From Bacteroidota bacterium (GTDB lineage: Bacteria > Bacteroidota > Bacteroidia > Chitinophagales > Chitinophagaceae): DNA of 64,000 nt. The notes beneath the pieces were generated by a model. The model searched no databases. It was not told where the DNA came from and saw only the letters and a program-made list of their open reading frames with translations. The stretch spans positions 21,900 to 85,899 of the forward strand of contig JAZKGV010000194.1 in NCBI GenBank assembly GCA_040385725.1. The letters are read 5' to 3'. Positions 59,226 through 64,000 of this stretch are shown here, piece after piece; the stretch's first letter is position 1; every line of letters begins with the position of its first letter. The position numbers and the translations under genes were made by a program.

Positions 59226-59241
59226 CCCAAACTAAAAACTG

Positions 59242-60369
59242 ATGTACGACCTGCATGATTTTTTATCTCCTGTTGATATTCATTTACTCAATGAAGACAG
59301 TGGCTACAACGACGGGCAGTTTGCCAAACATATAACCATCCATAGTGAAGAACTTCCAGATATTACAGATGCAGATATTGTGCTGGTGGGTGTGGATGAA
59401 TTTAGAGGCAGCGGAAATTTTAATGATAACATTAATGCGGCCAATATCATCCGCAAGCGATTGTACCAACTACACTACTGGCATTTTGATACAAAGATCG
59501 CAGACATCGGCAATATAAAAACCGGTGCTTCTTTAAATGACAGCTATGCTGCGGTGAAAACAGTAATTGCAGAATTACTAAGAATGAACAAAACAGTTGT
59601 TATCATCGGCGGCTCACATGATATTACACTGGCACAATATTTTGCTTACAAAGAATTGAACAAGGCCATTGAAGCCACCTGTATTGATGCCACGATCGAC
59701 CTGCGTGGCGAAAGCCCTCTCCGCAGTGAAAACTTTTTACTGGAAATGCTGACCGGCGAACCCAACTTTATCAAGCATTATAATCATATTGGCTTTCAAA
59801 GTTATTTTGTACACCCACGCATGTTGGAAACAATGGATAAGCTCCGCTTTGATTGCCACCGTGTGGGCAGGGCAAAAGAAAATATGGAAGAGATGGAACC
59901 AGTGCTGCGTAATGCACACATGGTGAGTTTTGATATCAACGCTATCAAATACAGCGATGCACCTTCAGGTAAATGCAGCCCCAATGGTTTTACCGGCGAA
60001 GAAGCCTGCGTACTCACCCGCTATGCAGGAATGAGCAGCAACCTCAGCAGCTTTGGAGTGTATGGCTATGTGCCTGCAGAAGATGTGAATGAACTGACCG
60101 CATTACAGATCGCACAGATGCTCTGGTATTTTATTGATGGCAAAAGCCGCAGCAAACAGGAAGCTGCTTTTAATGAAAGCAGCCTGTTCAATGAATTTAA
60201 TACTGCTCTTACAGATGAAGGCACTTTGTTTTTGCAAAGCCGCCGTACCGGGAGATGGTGGATGCAACTACCTGATAAAAAATTAATTGCCTGCAGCTAT
60301 AATGATTATGTAAGCGCCAGCAAAAATGAAATACCGGAGAGATGGATGAGGGCGCAGGAGAGAGGATGA
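59242..60369 (+). CDS. Arginase/ureohydrolase family protein (formimidoylglutamase-like)
   Basis: DIGNI, GGSHD, SFDI, PNGF motifs plus a C-terminal extension. Confidence 0.82.
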   Translation: MYDLHDFLSPVDIHLLNEDSGYNDGQFAKHITIHSEELPDITDADIVLVGVDEFRGSGNFNDNINAANIIRKRLYQLHYWHFDTKIADIGNIKTGASLNDSYAAVKTVIAELLRMNKTVVIIGGSHDITLAQYFAYKELNKAIEATCIDATIDLRGESPLRSENFLLEMLTGEPNFIKHYNHIGFQSYFVHPRMLETMDKLRFDCHRVGRAKENMEEMEPVLRNAHMVSFDINAIKYSDAPSGKCSPNGFTGEEACVLTRYAGMSSNLSSFGVYGYVPAEDVNELTALQIAQMLWYFIDGKSRSKQEAAFNESSLFNEFNTALTDEGTLFLQSRRTGRWWMQLPDKKLIACSYNDYVSASKNEIPERWMRAQERG

Positions 60370-60401
60370 TTTGAAAATTTCGCAATTTGAAAATTTGAAA
60401 A
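60370..60401. repeat. Tandem 8-mer array (TTTGAAAA x3 plus one variant)
   Basis: TTTGAAAA TTTCGCAA TTTGAAAA TTTGAAAA. Confidence 0.6.
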
Positions 60402-61693
60402 TGGGCAACAAGCATTACAAGTACTTTTATAGTTTATGTTGCCTGTTTATGCTGTTGCAATCCTGCTCTGTATCCAAACAAATTAATAAACAAGCCCACA
60501 AAATTTTACTGCAGGATAGTGTGATAAATACCGGCCATATCGGTATCAGTATTTATGAACCTGCCACCAATACTTACTGGTATAATTATAATGCGGAGAA
60601 ATATTTTGTGCCTGCCAGTAATACTAAGTTGTTTACGTTGTATGCCGGGATGAAATGTCTGGGAGATAGTTTAGTAGGATTGAGATATAGTGATAAGTTC
60701 CAAGTAAAATTCACAGGTGATCCAACTTTCTTACATCCTGATTTTAAAAAACAACCTGTGTTTGAATTTTTGAAGACCCAAGAAAATGTATTTCTGGATC
60801 CAGGTTTAAAGGGTGGTGGTGGTTATGGTATAGGTTGGGCCTTCGATGATTATTTGGAAACCTTTACACCTACGGCCAACAGTTCTCCCATTTATGGTAA
60901 TTTAATAACCGTGAAATGGGTTTCGAAAGATAGTGTTACTGTATCACCAAAATTGTTTGATCGTTTAGCAACGAAACAAGGAACAATGAAAAATGGCTTT
61001 GATGTGTTTAAAGATATATATGATAATCATTTAAGGATATCTGCAGGAGACATAAAGATCCAAAAACTACCTTTTTCACCATTTAGTAATGATGTAATAG
61101 AGTTACTGTTAGATACCCTGCCTAATTTGAAGTTTTTTTTTACCAGTTATCTTAAAAATGCAGATTATAAAATTTTACACTCCCAACCCACCGATTCCGT
61201 CCTCACACCAATGATGCACAACAGCGACAACTTCTTCGCTGAACAAACTTTACTCATGGTGAGCAATGAACACTTGGGTTACATGAATGACGAAGCCATC
61301 ATTGATACTTTACTAAAAACAGATTTGAAAGACGTTCCTCAACAACCAAACTGGGTAGATGGCAGCGGCCTGAGCCGGTACAATTTATTTACACCACAAT
61401 CATTTGTTTATATTTTAAACAAAATGAAAAATGAATTTGGTTTGGAAAGATTGAAAACAATTTTGCCAACAGGTGGGCAAGGCACTTTAAAAAATTACTA
61501 CAACAGTGACAGCAGTTTTATCTACGCCAAAACAGGCAGCCTCAGCAATCAAATTACATTAAGCGGTTTTTTGATCACAAGACAAAATAAGCTGTTGGTA
61601 TTTTCTCTTCTTACAAACAATGCCATGGGTGATGGTTGGAAAGTACGCAGGGCGTATGAGCTGTTTTTAAAAGGGATCAGGGATAAATACTAA
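60401..61693 (+). CDS. dacB: D-Ala-D-Ala carboxypeptidase/endopeptidase, peptidase S13 (PBP4), lipoprotein
   Basis: PASNTKL (SxxK), SDN, DGSGLSRYN, AKTGSL; LQSC lipobox; ATG at 60401. Confidence 0.92.
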   Translation: MGNKHYKYFYSLCCLFMLLQSCSVSKQINKQAHKILLQDSVINTGHIGISIYEPATNTYWYNYNAEKYFVPASNTKLFTLYAGMKCLGDSLVGLRYSDKFQVKFTGDPTFLHPDFKKQPVFEFLKTQENVFLDPGLKGGGGYGIGWAFDDYLETFTPTANSSPIYGNLITVKWVSKDSVTVSPKLFDRLATKQGTMKNGFDVFKDIYDNHLRISAGDIKIQKLPFSPFSNDVIELLLDTLPNLKFFFTSYLKNADYKILHSQPTDSVLTPMMHNSDNFFAEQTLLMVSNEHLGYMNDEAIIDTLLKTDLKDVPQQPNWVDGSGLSRYNLFTPQSFVYILNKMKNEFGLERLKTILPTGGQGTLKNYYNSDSSFIYAKTGSLSNQITLSGFLITRQNKLLVFSLLTNNAMGDGWKVRRAYELFLKGIRDKY

Positions 61694-61784
61694 AATATTT
61701 TTACGGTCAGGCATCACATTTCCCCCCTATAGTATCTATCCTTTACCCAGGTAACAAACTTCAATACTTATAAAATCGCCAGGT

Positions 61785-64000
61785 ATGAGAAAAATATTTA
61801 CCCTCCTCTTTTCGCTGACTGTATTATATGCCTCAGCATTTGCAAGGCCGGATTCAACATGCAATCCTGCGTTTTCATTTACAGTAGATAATGCCACCAA
61901 TACGGTGCAGTTTGCAGCAGTTGCCGGAAATACTTCTGTAATGCCGGAACATTCGTGGAGTTTTGGTGATGGCTCCGGCTTTAGCGGTGTTTTTTTTCCC
62001 AACCCGTCACATTATTATGCAAATGCAGGCACGTATCATGTAGTGCATGTGATAACATACAGGTCTCCAAACGATAGTACTATTATCCTCTGTTCTGATT
62101 CTGCATCGCAATTGGTAACGATTGCCAACCAGGCACCCTGTAATCTGCAGGCGAACTTTTTTGTTACGAGGGACAGCACTTACCCTAACATCGTTTATTT
62201 CAACAACACTTCTACCGGCGTAACCAGCAACATGTCAATTCACTGGGATTTTGGCGATGGCACTTCTACTTCTTCTATTAATGAATACAGCACTACCCAT
62301 ATTTACCAACAGTCAGGCACTTATACTGTTTGTTTTTCAGTAAGGCGTGATAATTCATGTTCGGCAGATACCTGTAAAGTAATTGAAGTACAGGTACCCA
62401 CAACTACCTGTAACCTCGTGGTTAATTTCAGCAACCATGCTGATTCTGCCAACCCACAGTTAATGCATTTTACTGACCAGAGTACACCGCAAACAGTTGG
62501 CCTTGATTCGTTGCAGTGGTCTTTTGGTGATGGAACAGGTTCAATGGAAGAAAATCCCTCTCATTTTTATACACAAGCCGGCACTTATACTGTTTGCCTT
62601 CGCATTAAAAGAGCCAATGGTGTGCTGCCCTGTATAAGAGAATATTGCCGTACAATAGTAATTGCTCCGCAACCACAACCTTGTAACGTTCACGCTTCTT
62701 TCAGTTTTGTAAGGGATAGCATTCAACCCAATAAAGTATATTTTACTAATCTTTCATCGGGAATAAATCCCAATACCATTACCTACTGGAGTTTTGGTGA
62801 TGGCGCTTCTTCTTACGATCAAAACCCAACACATATTTTCACCACATCTGGCGCTTATACAGTTTGTCTTAATGTAAAAAGGGACAATGTATGTATGGAT
62901 GACACCTGTGTATTTGTACAGGTGCAGGCACCCACAGGCAACTGTAATAATCTTTTGGTTAACTTCAGCAACCTATCCGATTCTGCCAATTCACGCCTTG
63001 TTCATTTTGTCAACCAAAGCACGCCATTATCAGCAACAGATTCTGTAACCTGGCATTTTGGCGATGGTACTATTTCACATGATCTTACAGCGGTAAACCA
63101 CACGTATGCAAACAGTGGTACTTACCTTGTATGCTTAGTGGTAAAGAAAAATGGTAACAGCACCGGGGCAGCTTGTGTAAGGGAATATTGCAGGCAAATT
63201 ATAATTGAACCAGCCTGTAACCTGGTTGCCTCATTTACTTTTCAGCCGGCTATCATTACAGTGCCACTCAGTTATACTTTTACCAATACATCTGCGCCGC
63301 TACACAATGTTGATTCAAGCTTCTGGAATTTTGGTGATGGTTCACCGGTTATTATCAATCCGGATAATAGGCCTACACATACTTACAGAACACCGGGTGT
63401 ATATGTTGTTTGCTTAACTGTAAAAAAAGTACAGCCGGGCACTATCAATATTATTTGTGAAAGACAAACCTGCCAAACGATCATAATAGATACACCACAA
63501 ACACAATGTAACCTGCAGGCATATTTTATGTACACTCCGGATAGTGTTTCGGTTAATAGAATTATTTTTTCTAACATGAGCAGTTCATATGAACCTTCCG
63601 ATAGTCTCCTTTGGACTTTTGGTGATGGCAGCTATTCTACTGAAGTAAGCCCGGAACATACTTACAATGCTGGCGGCACATACAATGTTTGCCTGAGGAT
63701 TGAAAGACATCAAACAGCCGGAACAACACCATGTGTAAGAGAATATTGCAGGCAGGTATTGGTGCAGCAACCAGCAACCTGTAATCTTGTTGCAAACTTT
63801 TTTGATAGTTCAATAAATAACAACAGTATTTATTTCATTAACCAGAGTACACCGTTGGCAAGTAGCGATAGCATCCGCTGGACATTTGGTGATGGAACAT
63901 CTTCTGTTGATGTGAACCCAACGCACACTTATAACCAGCCCGGCACTTATACTGTTTGCCTGAGGGTTAAAAAAGCACAAACAAACAGCACTGCACCTTG
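61785..64000 (+). CDS. 3'-partial secreted PKD-repeat protein (at least 8 repeats)
   Basis: Absent from the ORF track. Signal peptide MRKIFTLLFSLTVLYASAFA; eight WxFGDG motifs about 270 bp apart; frame stays open to the window end. Confidence 0.9.
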   Translation, partial: MRKIFTLLFSLTVLYASAFARPDSTCNPAFSFTVDNATNTVQFAAVAGNTSVMPEHSWSFGDGSGFSGVFFPNPSHYYANAGTYHVVHVITYRSPNDSTIILCSDSASQLVTIANQAPCNLQANFFVTRDSTYPNIVYFNNTSTGVTSNMSIHWDFGDGTSTSSINEYSTTHIYQQSGTYTVCFSVRRDNSCSADTCKVIEVQVPTTTCNLVVNFSNHADSANPQLMHFTDQSTPQTVGLDSLQWSFGDGTGSMEENPSHFYTQAGTYTVCLRIKRANGVLPCIREYCRTIVIAPQPQPCNVHASFSFVRDSIQPNKVYFTNLSSGINPNTITYWSFGDGASSYDQNPTHIFTTSGAYTVCLNVKRDNVCMDDTCVFVQVQAPTGNCNNLLVNFSNLSDSANSRLVHFVNQSTPLSATDSVTWHFGDGTISHDLTAVNHTYANSGTYLVCLVVKKNGNSTGAACVREYCRQIIIEPACNLVASFTFQPAIITVPLSYTFTNTSAPLHNVDSSFWNFGDGSPVIINPDNRPTHTYRTPGVYVVCLTVKKVQPGTINIICERQTCQTIIIDTPQTQCNLQAYFMYTPDSVSVNRIIFSNMSSSYEPSDSLLWTFGDGSYSTEVSPEHTYNAGGTYNVCLRIERHQTAGTTPCVREYCRQVLVQQPATCNLVANFFDSSINNNSIYFINQSTPLASSDSIRWTFGDGTSSVDVNPTHTYNQPGTYTVCLRVKKAQTNSTAP

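Noticed and set aside
15831-60401. CRISPR array interpretation of the short repeats
   Set aside because: No regularly spaced 23-50 bp direct repeats with unique spacers and no cas genes.

Overview
64 kb of a Bacteroidota chromosome, most likely Chitinophagaceae. This is inferred from TAnnTTTG -7 promoter boxes, A-rich start contexts without Shine-Dalgarno, and T9SS cargo proteins with a PVKLEYF Ig-like module. The first 13.4 kb is an accessory surface-protein locus: a partial outer-membrane beta-barrel gene with a long low-complexity tether, then five tandem paralogous T9SS-secreted leucine-rich-repeat (LRR) proteins. Their LRR halves are highly divergent, their C-terminal halves are conserved, they share patchwork identical DNA tracts, and one copy is internally deleted. 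The rest is mostly housekeeping (clpX, M16 pair, rprY-like regulator, bcp, carB, ComEC, purH, lpxH, alaS, pyrH, rpiB, obgE, dacB, several peptidases) and ends in a partial Cys-rich PKD-repeat protein. Outside the array the notable items are: an unannotated protein with a full set of protein-kinase-like motifs upstream of clpX; an AraC regulator broken by a 1-bp frameshift; a 34-aa lipoprotein-like ORF missed by the ORF track; and several distinct short palindromic or tandem intergenic repeat families, some nested in each other and one apparently in frame inside a gene. No rRNA, tRNA, CRISPR array, transposase, integrase or reverse transcriptase was recognised. All calls come from reading motifs; no database searches were run.
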